DNA from: Cladosporium halotolerans
Taxonomy: Eukaryota
Direction: 5' to 3'
Length of the DNA stretch: 64,000 nt
Assembly: GCF_011745625.1 (NCBI RefSeq)
Contig: NW_027191457.1
Span: forward strand, 124,001 to 188,000
Shown here: positions 1-13,059 of the stretch, in pieces
Layout of the letters: each line of letters begins with the position of its first letter
How positions within the stretch are numbered: the stretch's first letter is position 1
The notes under the pieces: model-generated
The model's database searches: none
The model's input: only the letters and a program-made list of their open reading frames with translations
What the model was told of the DNA's origin: nothing
Made by a program: the position numbers and the translations under genes

Positions 1-2161
1 GGTTTTGGAGGCGCTGGAAGTCTGGCGATCGGGAGCGGGATTCGCGGTCTTGGACTGCGGTGCGGAAGCTGGAGGAGCCGGACTCATAGGAGTCTGCGCT
101 GCCTGCGCTGCCGGATGTTGTGGGTCTCATGTCCAGGCGTCCGGGCATCGAGCGCAGAGTGGTTGGGCTGGTTTCTGCTCGGAAAAGCCCGGGTTTGACG
201 AAGGGTGAAGAGGAGGCAGATTTGACCTCTGAACTTGACTTCCTACGTTGAGCCGGGTGTCCTTGCCGCATGAACGGTGGTGATACCGTGTTGCTGTTGA
301 AGAACATGTCCGTAACGGTGGAGGGCTGTCGGTTGTGCTTGAGGAACCGCGATGGCGTCCCGTTGGTGATTGAGTTGCCGTCAGGGTATCCATCGTAGGA
401 CATGCCGAAATCTCCTACAGCATCTGCTCGCGAGTCGTAGGCCTCGTCATCGGTCTCGCTGTCAAAATTCTCAAACCCGGTCCGATGGAAGGTCCGCTGC
501 GCAACGCCTAGGCTGTCCGCTTGAGGCTGTGCATTGCTGACCTGGTATGGGCCACGCAGCTCTGCAGCCGATTCCATGTGTGCTGGCCCCACACTCGATC
601 TCGGCTGTAGCGGTGCAAAATTATTGACTTGCGCTGGAGTTGTGTCGAGCAGACTGCGCTCGCCCACAGCACTCGACCGAGACATTCTGAGCATTCGTGT
701 GTTCATGCTGTCTGGAGTCGGCGGGAACGAATCCTCACCAAACACCGGACTCCCAGGAGCTGCCGGCGTTCTTGGCATCTTATTTGGTCTACCGCCGAGT
801 GCTGAAAAGGGCCTGATCGAGGCTGGCGTTCGCTGCGAGTCTGCTTTAGCAGATGCTGCGGTCGCAGTGGCAGCACTGGCCAGAGAATGCATGGACCTTT
901 CAGCATTCTTCCGCAGCTGGTGAGGTGACTCCAAGATCGTCTCGGTCTGCAGCGGCGATGAGATCCTGTTGGACTTAGAAGGCGTATCGGCCATGCTCTC
1001 CCGGTCTTCTATCCATTGGTTGACACGAGAGATGCTGTCTTGACGGGAGTGTGCAGAGCCATATGGTCTCTCGCGCTCTGGCAGGTCGGCTTCATTTTCC
1101 CAGTCGAACTTTTCAGGGGTTTCGCCGTTCTTGCCGTATATGCTGGGAAAGCTGCTCTCACTGAGAGCACTGAGGCGAGGAGAGTTGAGCACTTCGTCCG
1201 CTAGAGCTTGTTCATCGATTGTGCTGGCTCGCTTGGACAAGATGGAATTGAAGCTCTTGACAGGGTGAAGGTCCTTTCCGGCGTCCAGGTAGACAGATCG
1301 CAGCGCCGTTGTGCTTGGCTTCTGTGAGGTCAGGAACGCAGGCTCCCTCCTTGGCCGTGCTGGAGTCGATGCCTGCACTGCGCTGCTGAGCCTGGCAGAT
1401 GCCGCAGCCGCATGCGCTGGGGTTTGCCTCGATGTTTGGTCGTTGATCGTCACCTCAGGTGGACTCGATGGCGGGACCTGTTCCTGCGTCTCCGTGCCAG
1501 CATAGCCTGAGTCTGCGTGAGCCGTGCTAGGCCTCGTCTCAGTTGCCCGAGCTTCTTCGTAGTCTTCAACCTTCTCTTCCAACTCGCAAATGATGTCAGC
1601 CGCTTCCTGAATCGCTTTGTCGCGCTTCTCCAGCTCCTCAACGAGCAGACTGTTAATCCGCATCAGTTCCGCATGCTCCTCCTCCAGCCTCTCCGCGCGC
1701 TCTACAGCCGCACGCATGCTCTCAATCTCAGCGTGCAGCTTCGCCTGGTTCTCGCGCCGATGGTCGAGCTCTAGCTTCAGATCAAAGTTCTGCTTCGTGA
1801 GGCGGTCCATTTGCTCATCCAGCTCCCTCGCGCCCGGCGTGCGGCGCTTTCGCCCTCCTGCACTGAGCGTACCACTGCCATTGCCGTTGTTGACTTCAGA
1901 ACCGTACTTTGAAAAAGGTGCCAACGGCGAGCTGTCGAACGGGCGGGAAGCAAGTCTGCTGTCCTCAGCCTCGGCGAAGAAGAGGTCGTCGTCAAGTCCA
2001 GAAGCCATTCGGGGTCCGACATCCGATTGTCGCGTCCGCTTAGGCCGAGTGTTGCGCGCTCTCCGTTCCAGCAAGCGGTCCTGCAAGTATTGTGACGCTG
2101 GCAGGACCTCCGGTGTTGGCTTGTGACGGGGCGCGCTGCCCTTCATGTGAGGGAAGTCCAT
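1..2161 (-). CDS. Centrosomin/Mto1-like (CM1/Cnn_1N domain) coiled-coil protein; 3' end runs off the left edge of the window
   Basis: Manual translation from ATG at 2161: MDFPHMKGSAPRHKPTPEVLPASQYLQDRLLERRARN...GARELDEQMDRLTKQNFDLKLELDHRRENQAKL...EELEKRDKAIQEAADIICELEEKV. The 'ELDEQMDRLTKQNFDLKLEL' segment fits the CM1 gamma-tubulin-receptor motif. Probably missing from the ORF track because it has no stop in the window; the distal part was not translated in full. Confidence 0.75.
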   Translation of the reverse strand, partial: MDFPHMKGSAPRHKPTPEVLPASQYLQDRLLERRARNTRPKRTRQSDVGPRMASGLDDDLFFAEAEDSRLASRPFDSSPLAPFSKYGSEVNNGNGSGTLSAGGRKRRTPGARELDEQMDRLTKQNFDLKLELDHRRENQAKLHAEIESMRAAVERAERLEEEHAELMRINSLLVEELEKRDKAIQEAADIICELEEKVEDYEEARATETRPSTAHADSGYAGTETQEQVPPSSPPEVTINDQTSRQTPAHAAAASARLSSAVQASTPARPRREPAFLTSQKPSTTALRSVYLDAGKDLHPVKSFNSILSKRASTIDEQALADEVLNSPRLSALSESSFPSIYGKNGETPEKFDWENEADLPERERPYGSAHSRQDSISRVNQWIEDRESMADTPSKSNRISSPLQTETILESPHQLRKNAERSMHSLASAATATAASAKADSQRTPASIRPFSALGGRPNKMPRTPAAPGSPVFGEDSFPPTPDSMNTRMLRMSRSSAVGERSLLDTTPAQVNNFAPLQPRSSVGPAHMESAAELRGPYQVSNAQPQADSLGVAQRTFHRTGFENFDSETDDEAYDSRADAVGDFGMSYDGYPDGNSITNGTPSRFLKHNRQPSTVTDMFFNSNTVSPPFMRQGHPAQRRKSSSEVKSASSSPFVKPGLFRAETSPTTLRSMPGRLDMRPTTSGSAGSADSYESGSSSFRTAVQDRESRSRSPDFQRLQN

Positions 2162-3787
2162 GCTCACGGCTCAGACGCGCGGCGCGACGTGGTCGATGTG
2201 CCACCAAGCAGGCTTTATGCGTACATGAGTGGTGACTGAGGGCTTTGGTGAGGCGCAGACGGATAAGGCCGATCCGAACAATGAACTGGCAATATAACGC
2301 GACAGTGGCAGATATGCGTGAGAAGTGCGGGCGTGATTGGTGAGTGTGCTTGGATCGTGTCTGCGGTCAGCCGGATGAGAGGCGTATGCCGCGGGTGGTG
2401 CAGTCGGTGTGGGATGGCGGTCAATGGCGTTCAGCTCGCGTCGTGGCGTCGATTCGCAGGTCGTCTTCGTCGTCGTCGTGGTCGTCGTCGCCGGGTGAAA
2501 GTGTCCCAGTGTGCAGCGCGACAAGTCGCCTCCGCAACAACAGAAGTGAGACAGAGGGTGTCGGCCGGCGGCCAGGAACGAGCGTGCGCGTGGGCGGCGG
2601 GCAGAAACAAAGGCCGGGCGCGTGGGTCTTGGAGTTGGGCTGCGCTTTGTCGATGCAGCTTAAGGCTAAGGTTTGCTGTTCCGGGGGTCCCCGTGTCCAA
2701 TTGCCTGGGTCGGCTGCAAGGGGCCGCGTGCTACCCGCCGCCGTCACCGCTTGCGCCAATGGGGACGGGGTGTGTAGCCGCCAGAGTTGCGACGGCGCGC
2801 ATTCTAGAGTTGTGTGCCTTTGGGACTGTGACGTTCCAGCAGATCCTCCACTTCTTCGCTAATGCCGTGAAGACTCGAGGCCATCATCGTGCGACACGCG
2901 CAAAAAAGTGTCCGAGGAAGACGCTCTGAGGCGATGTACAACCACGCCGCTTGGAGCACTGGGCTGTGATAAGACACCATGGCTCATGCCAACGCCGATT
3001 GCCGCAATTTCTGAGGCGTTGGCTTAACTCATGCACCTTGGACCCAACATGCAGCAACCCCAGTCGTTTTCACGCCGCCCGACCGCGGCACATGCGCACC
3101 GATGGGTCTTGATTCGCGCCGAACAAGCCGCACTGGCACGCCTGGCTCGCCCTATCCCCGCTCTCTGCAGACTGCGCCTGTGTGCGTTTGTCCGACTAGG
3201 CGTGCAGCAATTTCGACGCGCAAACATGCCAATAGCTCAGGTGTTCGTCGGAAACTCAAAGCAACATGGTCGGGCGCCCGCGCTCAAACGGCTCGAAGTT
3301 TGTTTCTGTCGTCAGAACGTGTCCCGGCACTTGAACCATCACAATATGGCGAGGTCGCACGTGATGATCTGGAGGGAGCGAAGGCGTTGCGTAGGAATAT
3401 ACTTGTCTCTGTACTCGTGGCCTCGCAAGGCGTGACGGGCCTGATTGGGCAGGGCCAGTCCAAGAGCTCTTGTGTCGCAAAGTGTTGGTAGCTTTGTTCT
3501 TGTGCATGCACTAGTAGCGCTTGCATGCGTCGTGCTGCCCAAGATCAAGAAGCATTACACCAGCGTTTCATCAGATGCGACAGGTCTCTTCTTAGCCTTA
3601 CTACGAGGTGGGCAAGATCTTCTGGACATGAGGTACTCATGTACTTGCTCAATCCGAGCATCGCCGCTGAAGCCAGCCGTGCCCGCCAAATTCCAGGGTC
3701 TCAGGCACCTTTCCCCGCCTACAGTAGATTCTAACGTCAGTTGCGAAACTCTCCCTGATCGTGCTCGTCAGAAAACATCAACCAACC

Positions 3788-5170
3788 ATGGACGCTCCCT
3801 CGCAGAGCCTCAATAACGTCGCCGACCAGGAGACTTTCACAGTCCTGGTCACCGGCGCTAATAGGCAAGTCTTGCCCTGTCTGCAAGGCCGGCAGAAGAG
3901 CAATGGCTGACAGGTAGGTCCTACGTACAGCGGTCTCGGCTTCGCCATCTGCTGCCGTCTCATCGACGAGTTCCTTTTCTCTCGCCCTCAGTCTCAGGCC
4001 CTGCACATTCTGTATACGACGCGCGATGGAAAGAAGAGCGAGGACACGCGGGTGCGGCTCAATGCCCACCTTCAGAACACATTGAGGGAGGCCAATGGAA
4101 AGACCATGGGGATCAGCCTGCTTTTGGAGAAGCGCGTAAAGTTTGAGGGCGTACTGGTGGATCTCGCACAGCTCGTTACCGTCAAAGCGCTGGCGCAGCA
4201 GCTGCTACAGAGAAGACAGAAGCTGGATGCAGTCGTATGGAATGCCGGCATTGGTGGATGGACGGGCACCAATTGGCCCAAGGCTATCTGGACCTTGCTC
4301 ACAGACATCATACAAGCAAGCACGTGGCCGACATACCAGAACTCCGAAATCGGAACGCTAGCCAAGCAGAAGGGCCTCGCGACGACCGAAGAGAAGACAC
4401 CTCCGCTCGGGCAAGTCTTCACGGCAAACGTCTTCGGCCACTACATGCTCACGCACTGGCTCTCTCCCCTCCTCGACTCAGACAGCCGCATCGTCTGGGT
4501 AGGCAGCATAACCGGCCTGCCGAACTTCTTCTCCCTCTCCGACCTGCAATGCCTCCGCGCCCACGACGCCTACGAGTCTTCCAAGCGTCTCACAGACCTC
4601 CTCGTCCTCACCTCCGACCTCCCCTCCACAGCCCCCTTCACCCAAACCTTCCTCCCCACGCCCCCCTCGACCCCCAAGCCCAAAATGTACCTCACCCACC
4701 CGGGCATCCTCGCCACCAGCATCGCGTCCGTCTTCTTCCTCCTCGAGCCCTTCATGGTCGCCTTCTTCTACCTCGCGCGCTGGCTCGGCTCGCCCTGGCA
4801 CACCGTCACGGCGTACAAGGCCGCCGTCAGCGCCTGCTTCTGCGTGCTTGCGCCCGCGCCGCAGCTCGAGGAGCTCGAGAAGCGCGACGGCAAGGGCAAG
4901 TGGGGCAGCGCTGTGAGTGTTGCTGGCGACGAGCGCGTTGCGCGCACGGAGACGGAGGGCTGGGGGTTCTGCGGGAAGGCCGGCGAGGTTCCTTCTGGGA
5001 GCATGACGGCTAAGGCGGGCAGGCATAGGGGTATGAAGGAGACGGGGCGCGAGGAGAGGGAGGAGTTTGAGGTGCTCGGGCGCGAGGTTTGGAGGGAGAT
5101 GGAGGCGCTGAGGGTCGGTTGGGAGGGCAGGCTTGGGAAGGTGGGTCAGGAGGCGAGTGAGGATTTCTAG
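3788..5170 (+). CDS. ERG27: 3-keto-steroid reductase (ergosterol pathway SDR); exons 3788-3864 and 3931-5170
   Basis: Splicing a GC-AG intron (3865-3930) gives VLVTGANSGLGFAICCRLIDEFL. Also LDAVVWNAGIGGW, VFTANVFGHY, YESSKRLTD and KMYLTHPGI, all typical of Erg27. Confidence 0.9.
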
Positions 5171-5283
5171 GCGGTGTACGATATGAGTTGACCGATAGGC
5201 TGCGTTCGGATTCACCATGCATAGAAAAGTAGCAAGTTATAGAATCATATGTTGTTTAATTCGCTCTTCTCTAATCTCTACAT

Positions 5284-5577
5284 GACCTCCCGTTCTTCCA
5301 ATTGCCTGCAGGCTCGTTCTGGTGCGTCGCGCGCATTGAGGATCGACCTACCGTTTCAATTGCTCGCGAGCTCGTCCTGGCGCGTCACGTGCATCGAGGA
5401 CCGACCTGCCGTTTAAATTGCTCGCGAGCTCGTCCTGGAGCGTCACGTGCATCGAGGACCGACCTGTCGTTTCAAATGCTGGCGAGCTCGTCCTGGAGCT
5501 TCACGTGCATCGAGGACCGACCTGTCGTTTCAAATGCTGGCGAGCTCGTCCTGGCGCGTCACGTGCACCGAGGACCG
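5284..5577. repeat. 58-bp tandem minisatellite, about 5 copies
   Basis: Unit GCATCGAGGACCGACCTGTCGTTTCAAATGCTGGCGAGCTCGTCCTGGAGCGTCACGT recurs at 5333, 5391, 5449 and 5507, with a partial copy at 5565 and a degenerate one before 5333. Confidence 0.95.
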
Positions 5578-7216
5578 CGGAGCACGTCATCGTCGCCGCC
5601 TGCGCGCGAAGTCCTCCGCCTGCAGCCAGCTTTCCGCCAACGCGCTGCAACACACTGCCACCAACAAACAAGAGATCGCCCTGCCAAAAACCACAACCAT
5701 GTCCTCAGTAACTGAGAATTTTACCAGCCACTTTTCCGCACGTGCGCTTTCACCAGCCAAATTTTCAGCCCTGTCACCAGGCCGAATTGAACCCCTGACC
5801 TCGTGCGCTCACGTGACATGCCCTCACATCCAGGCCTTTGCCTCACTGTCCCGGCCTCCCCCCTTCCCTCCTCCTTCTCTCCACCTTGCACAGTAGAATG
5901 CCCCTGCAAAAAGGAGCGTAATTGCGACGGTGAATACCGACAGCAAAAAGTGCAAAAACCGGGCCCCTTACTCCGCTGGCATTTGTCTGTGAAATCCCCG
6001 CCACCACGGAAGGCTGACTAACACCACAAGCCCCGTGTGTTAAGCGGGACTCTGGATTCTAGCTCAAGGACCACTACGCCATTCATGCAGGAGTCTGTGG
6101 AGTATGACCCCATTAGCGTCGCATACGTTATATACGTTGCTTTGGCTGCGGTGCACCCCCAGTGTGCACGAGCGCATGCACGCTCGTGAGGGGGTGTTGT
6201 TGGTGTCTGTGGGTTCGTGCAGGGTTGGAGGGTGGTGCTAGGTGGTAGAGCATCTTGTTCCTTGTGTTTGGGAGGTTGTTCTCGTGTGCACGATATTGCT
6301 ATTGCTCTTGCGCCCACGGGCGGGCTTGCGACGAGGCGGCGGGCGGCCTGTAGTGGAGGGCGTGCGACCGGCGGCGGGCTTTCGCCACGATAACATCCAC
6401 TTCCTTCATTAGCAACGCAATCACAAGTTCACTCACTGTCATGCGTCCAACAACACTGCATCCGACACGCGTGGTGCTCCACGCGACGCGTCCTTCACTG
6501 CTGCACCCGTACTGACGGTCAACAGGCGCTCCGCAGCTGCCAGCGCGTCTTACGCCCACTGCTTTGCAACATGGGATGCACAGAGATATCAGGCATTGAC
6601 TGCAGGCACCATATACACCAGGGCATATAGCTGGATCTGAATCTCGGCAGTGACTGGTCTTCTCGACACGTGGTCCTCTCTCTTCGACAGAAACAAGCTC
6701 CCTGACGGATCAGGGCCATCTAGTCCTGGCTTTTTCCCTTAGGACACCTGGCATTTTCTTCCGTATTCTTTCTCTTCCTTCAGCCTTCTGCTTCCTGGTC
6801 TTCTTGAGGTCTTCGTGCTGCCTTTATCGGCGGGCATGGGCATTTTCGCAGGGAGGAGGGCAAAGCCACAACATTATCTCAGCCTTCAGGAGAGAATTTT
6901 ATTGCAGCAGCAAGACTTTTGAGACTGTGACATTGCAAGAAGGAAAGAAATCACGGCGGAGCACAACAGCGTAGAAGACGTGAAGTCAGCTGCCAAGCAA
7001 ACTCAGCCCCTCCCGCTGACTCCACCAACCACGGAACACCGTCCCTTGTGGGTGCCTGACAAACCTGGGTCGTGGGGAAACTTTACGAAGTCGAGCCGAG
7101 GAGCGTCATCACATTTGCACGGGCTCGGAGGTACAGCTGGCCTTCTCCCCTCAAACGTTACTGCGTCGACATCGCCAAAGCGATTCGAGGCGAGCGACAA
7201 GGTTGGAAAAGCCACC

Positions 7217-8120
7217 ATGCTCGCCTCAGGCTTCACAAACGCTCCAATCTCCCAGCTTCTTCTCCTGGGGATTGTGAGCTCCGCCATCGTTGCGAGTCTC
7301 ACAGACACCAAGTACTTTCTCTGGATCGAAGTGCGCCCACATCTGCTGGACTACTGGCAGTACTGGCGCCTGTTGACATGGCAGCTCGCCTACACCAACA
7401 GTGCAGAGGTGCTCTTCGCCGCTATGACCTTCTACCAGCTCCGTGTGATTGAACGGCTATGGGGAAGTAGGAAATTCGCTGTAGGCCTCTCTCCACTCCA
7501 TCCATGGCGCAGCGTGTGCGCATTCTCAGTACTTCTGGATGGAGGCTAACAGGCAAGTATCGCAGTCCTTCCTCGTCTCCACTTACATCTACACCGCTCT
7601 CCTTCCTCCCATCCTTCTCGCCGTGATCATTCGTCCCTTATCCTGGGGTCACATCAACTACTTGCCCTCGGGCCCAACGCCAGTGCTCTTTGCGCTGTTG
7701 GCACAGTATCACGCGGCTATCCCGTACATCTACAAGTACCGCCTGTCATCCAGCCTCCCCAATAGCACGACCTCGGCGCAAGAGTACGGCATCCTACTCA
7801 CCTCCAAGGCGACTTCCTACCTTCTCCCACTCCAGCTGGCTCTGTCACAACTGCCCGGCTCAGCAATCGCGGCAGGCGTCGGCTGGATCATCGGCTTCGC
7901 CTATCGCAGGGAGATCCTCCCCGGCACGACGAGATGGAGACTTCCGACGTGGATCGTGGGCGGCGGCGAGCAAAAGGAGCGATACGACAGCTTGAGGCGG
8001 AGAATGGAAGGGGAGGCGGGCCGCGCGACGGGAGTGCAGGCTGACGGCGCCGCACAAGGCCAAACGAGACGGAGGGGTATGTTGGGAGGTTTGGCGGATC
8101 AGTTCAGAGGCGCTGCGTAG
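7217..8120 (+). CDS. Dsc2-like rhomboid pseudoprotease (DSC E3 ligase subunit); exons 7217-7480 and 7566-8120
   Basis: MLASGFTNAPIS...WQYWRLLTWQLAYTNSAEVLFAAMTFYQLRVIERLWGSRKFA|SFLV...NYLPSGPTPVLFALLAQYHAAIP. Intron GTAGGC...GCTAAC...CAG. No C-terminal UBA domain is visible. Confidence 0.75.
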
Positions 8121-9096
8121 ATGGGTACCGGACGGTTTTTCGCCCGGGCTTACCTTTCGCTGCGGCGTTGGTGGTGATTTGCGGCGGGGCTGCGAGGACA
8201 GCGCAGTAGGTCATACATACATGCATTCCAGCGACGGAAAGTTACTCGAAGCCTGGCGACACGAGGTATTCCAACGCGTCTGTCAAGATGGCTGACTGTG
8301 CACACGTGCGCACTGCATTGTTCATCCTCCCGCTGATGCGACATGATCGTGTTGGAAGCACCAGCGCTGCGGGTTCTTTCACGTGCGAAAGCCACCTCCA
8401 CTTAGAAACGCCCGCGATGGTGAAGAATTAGCGACATGATCCCCAAAACAGATCGCTTATCGATGTCACACGTCTAGAAACAAGAGAGTGTATGAGAATC
8501 TGTACATCCATGAAATGCCCTACGCGAACGACTCGCCGAGCATCACCCGCGCGGACCCTGACGAGACTCCCAGTCGTGGCTTGCAGGTCGTACCACCGAA
8601 GCGACCTCGTTAAGCGCCCACCACATCCCCTTCACGCCGCGGCCCGCGCGTGCAGGAGCACATCAGACTCTTATCCACGCATGCTGAAGAGCCGATTGGT
8701 CACGATCTATGTCAAACTGAGGGCTGCCCTCTCTTAGGTAGTTTTATGCAGCTGAGCTCCCTCCTGCGACGCAAAAATAGTTACACCAGGAAGCCTCACG
8801 CCAACCGTCTTGGCCAATGATGGCACCGCTATTCTTCGACTCCGGACGCGTCCTTTGCAGGCGACTTCCATCGCGTCTCCTCTGCCCACCGGCGCGCTGG
8901 ACGCACATGAGACGAGGCGGCAGCGTGTTGTGACTTTCGCTTGTCCTGTTCTCTCACTCGCCCAACATCCTCCTCTGGCGGTTCCTCATCCGCCGCTTAC
9001 GGTGAAGACTGGCAAGTGGGCACGCCAGCCCTACTAACGGCGTCCGCAAGCTGCGGTTGTCTCCATTGAAGGCGCTCCTGGCGGTTGTCCACCGAC

Positions 9097-12000
9097 ATGA
9101 GCCAACAACATGGCTTTCCCCCGCCGCCCCCTCCCTCGCAGTCGTCTGCCTCCCCAGGAGGTAGCGCGCCTTCGTACTTCTCCCAGCAGAGACTCCGGCC
9201 TGGGCCTCCGCAGCCGCCCTCAATAACTACGAACTTCCTTCGAGCGCAGGGAGTTGGCCCTCATTCTCAGACTCCCGCCTCTGCTTTGAGCCCTGCCCAA
9301 TTTGCGTTGCCGTATAGCCCAGCGACGCCTTCTACGCTTAACCCTCATACACCTGCTGTTGCGTACCCGGACAGTAATCCCCACCTGCTAGATCCGTCGA
9401 GAGCACAACTACAATCACCAGGAAGCCCGAGCATGGCCCAGCAGCCCTACAACCCTCGACAATGGAGCGGTCATGGATCTCACATGGCATACTCCCAGCA
9501 CTCGAGTCCTTTGAGCAGAGCGAATGTGGAAATCACTGGAATGGAAAGTACGTACAATGCTATGCATGTGCCAGGATTCGGGCTTAGTGCTCGGAACAAT
9601 TTGGTAAGATTATCGTGATACAAGTCAGATGCTGACGCAGGATTGTTAGCTGCAATGCCTTCGCCTCCGCCTCCATACTCACCTGAGACACCCGATCAGG
9701 TCGGATCGCAACATATTGTTCGCCCGTCGCCCATGATGGAACAGGCTGGCTTTGTCGCTTCTCCGTTGGCAGCAGAATCGTCAAGTTCCACAATGCCTTC
9801 ATCAAGTGCACGCCGTTCACCACAGCTGCCTAGATCACCGGCATTCCCTCCCCCGCCAGGGCAACTCTCACGAACGCGGGAACGTTCAGCATCGGGACAA
9901 AGGCTGCTTAACACTATCCAAAATCTGACGGGTAGAGGGAAACAGCCTGCTGGTCACGACTTTCAAACAAGTCAGAACGTGCACTACCCTACCAGTCCTG
10001 AAGCTCTTCGAGCTCCGGCTGCAAGACGAGCTGCATCCACGGGTCACATGTTCCCGACTGCTTCCAGCTCATCGTTACCGTACCGTGCGATCACCAGCAA
10101 TGATTCCGGCAGGTCATCACCAGAAGACTCAAGTTGGCGGCCAGGCATGCCGCTGCCTGGCCCTCCGCCCGGCCCCCCTCCCCCAGGGCCCCGATCTCAG
10201 AGCCTCAATCGCTATCCTGTGAGCTCTTCACGCTCGAACAGCGTAGGCTCTGATCAAGATCCAACCCCGCCGCCACAGAGAAGAGCTGCTGCGCAGCCAT
10301 CTACGCTCGGACCAGTGCCACCAACGCCTGCAGACTGGGTTGAGTCTAACGACAATGGCGATTCTACACATTCAAATGATCAGACACAATACGATACTAC
10401 TTCTTCCTATCAGCCTCTCCGAATCAACACAGGAGCCCGCCAAGGATCGTCTTCACTGAATCGATCCTCAAGGCGAGACGCCAACACGGATGGTATCCGA
10501 GAACGCCGTTCGAAAAGCCGTGCTGCCAGAGAAGGTGGCAGCAGTAGCAGTAGCAGCGTTGCGATGTCGTCGGTAAACGATGACGTTCGGCCTAGCGATC
10601 TTCTCTCGTCCACCGCGGAAGGATCCATCAGCCAAAGACGTGAGCACATGCGGAAGATCTCAGGCTATGCAAGCGTTTCTGCTGCCCCGCCGGATCCATC
10701 GAACGTACAGACTCGTACAATGACTGCTACGAGGCCTGAGCCGACGCAGCCGCCAGCGAATGTACTGACGCCTCCGTATACACCCGCCGTCGGCAGTCAG
10801 GGCGGCGAGTCGTCTCAGCGGCGTGCGCTGCGAATGCCTTCGAGCGCCTCCAGCGATCGATCGATATCTCATTTGATGAACGCCGTGGATGTCGATGCGC
10901 CACCACAATCGGCATCATTGAGCTTGGCGAGACCATCGACCGAATCACTCAAGCAAAAGTCCCAACTAGGCACCTTCTATCAGCAAGCCATCGAGCGTCA
11001 CCGCGAAATGCTAGAGAAGGAAGCGAACGCTGCTACTGACGAAGCTAGGCTCGAGATCTTTGCCAACTTCCTCGTGCACGAATCAAGACTCCGGAGAGAT
11101 AAGTATCAAGCCGCTTACAATAACATGGCAGGCGATGTCATCGACCTGACAAGGGACATGTGGCGGTCATACACCAGAGAAAGCAAGCGCGCAGTGACAC
11201 CCAGCACATCGATGTCCTCCATCGACCCGACTATCCCATCATGGGCTTCCGACGGCGGGCTACATTCGGCCCATGGCGCGATGCCCAGCTCAGCTTCTTC
11301 TCTAGGTGAATTCACCCCAGCAACGGATACTGCCTCTATCGGCGACAGCGCAGATATGCTCGACCGCGCAGAATCCCGACAATGGGGCGAACAGTTCAAG
11401 CCTTCTCTTTCACCGATCCCTAGCATGGCGGTCAGTACTGTACCCGATGAAGATAGCTCAAGAGGACGGACTGCGAGTAGGTGGTGGGAGCAAAGCGATA
11501 CAGGGTCGGTAGGGCGCCCCGACAGGATGGAAAAGAGTCATCGCGAAACAAAGTACATGGGGATCAATCCAGCCTCCCTGAGAGACGAGGCACATCCCTC
11601 GCCGGAAGTGGCTCGAGGTACGCCACCAGCTGGCGCGACGGAGTTCGCTCTTGGTCTAGACGAGTACCCAGTTGAAAAGGCAGGGTTGCATTCGGCCTCG
11701 GAGTTCGACACACCCATGGCAACACCAGCTCGTCCGGGTGACTCGAGAAAGTCATCAACCAGCACAGGGATGAACCAGCTGGATGTCTCCCGACTTGTCA
11801 CACTTCCACCACCGTACCCACGGCACCACCCTGCAGTCAACAATAGCCACCCTCACCTTTCCGAGCTACGCAATACCCACCGGCACCTTGCCTCGCAAGA
11901 CGAGATCCAGCGCATTCGAGACGCTTATCTCGATCAAGATTGGGCCGTGCAGCGCTCTCAGCAAGAGGAAGCCAAACAACGCCGCAACCGCCTGCGCACT

Positions 12001-13059
12001 TCCATCCAAGACAAGCTCAACGCAGGCACCATCACCTTCGCTGATGCCGCGCAGGCCGAGTCCAACTTCGAGGCTTCAGAAGCAGAACGTACTCGCGCCG
12101 CCGCCCGAACAATCTTCGAGACCTACGAGCACGCCATCTCCCACCCTCTCAACACCCTTCTCACCTCCCGCCTCGAGCAAGCCGAAACCTGCATCGCCAC
12201 CCTCCGCGCCGACCTCGCCACCACCTCCGACCCCAACCAAGCCCAAGAAGAAGGCGACGAGCACCCCGAGCGCCTCGAAAAGCTCACACTCCTCAAATGG
12301 CTCTTCGAAGCCCGCGAAGTCCTGCACAAAGAAATGTCCGACCTGCACGCCCAGCGCGGCGAGAAGTACTCCGACGTCGTCCTGACCCCCTACCGCCTCG
12401 CCAAACAAAGCGACAAAATCGCGGAGGCCCAGGCCTTCTTCGCCAAAGACCGCCGCGACCGCCAGGCCGTCTACGCGAGGGACGCTCTAGCCCGCGTCTC
12501 CGAGCTCCTCGACCTCGTCGAGCGCAACGTCGCCCGCGGCGTCGAGGACCAGCTCTCGGCCTTCTGGGACATCGCGCCGGGCCTGCTGGAGATCGTGCAC
12601 GCGGTGCCGTCCGCGTCGAAGGCCGCGCTCGCGCAGCTCGACGTCCGCATCCCGCCCGCCGAGTACGAGGAGAACCCCGCGCTCGCGCGCTTCCCGCTGC
12701 AGTACCTGTACTCGCTGCTGGAGCACGCGGGCAAGAGCGCGAGGCAGTTCATCGAGAGTCAGGTTAATCTGCTTTGTTTGCTGCACGAGGTGCGCGGGGC
12801 GAAGGCGAAGGCGGCGTTGAAGGTTAGGGAGCTGGAGGTTGGGGGGTGGAGTGAGGAGGGGCAGGTTGATGCGTTGGAGGAGGTGGGGAGGGCGAGGAGG
12901 GAGGAGGAGAGGAGGTTGGATGCGGATTTGAAGGAGAAGGTGGGGGAGGTTGAGAGGCAGTGGAGGGAGGCGTTGGGGGATGGGTTGGAGAAGTGTAGGG
13001 TGGGGGTTAGGGAGTGGTTGGTGGAGAGTGGAGGGTGGGTTGAGGGGTTGGAGGGATAG
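9097..13059 (+). CDS. Large hypothetical protein (Pro/Ser-rich N-terminus, helical C-terminal domain); exons 9097-9547 and 9650-13059
   Basis: The 1138-aa ORF joins an upstream exon through intron GTACGT...GCTGAC...TAG (EITGME-TAMPSPPPPYSP). Strong coding bias. Function not recognised. Confidence 0.8.

Noticed and set aside
2171..3780. Many short overlapping ORFs
   Set aside because: GC-rich divergent promoter region with a (CGT)n microsatellite; no coding bias or motifs.
5302..5896. ORFs across the 58-bp repeat, and a CRISPR-like reading of it
   Set aside because: The period is not a multiple of 3, so the same peptides appear in all frames. There are no unique spacers or cas genes, and the context is eukaryotic.
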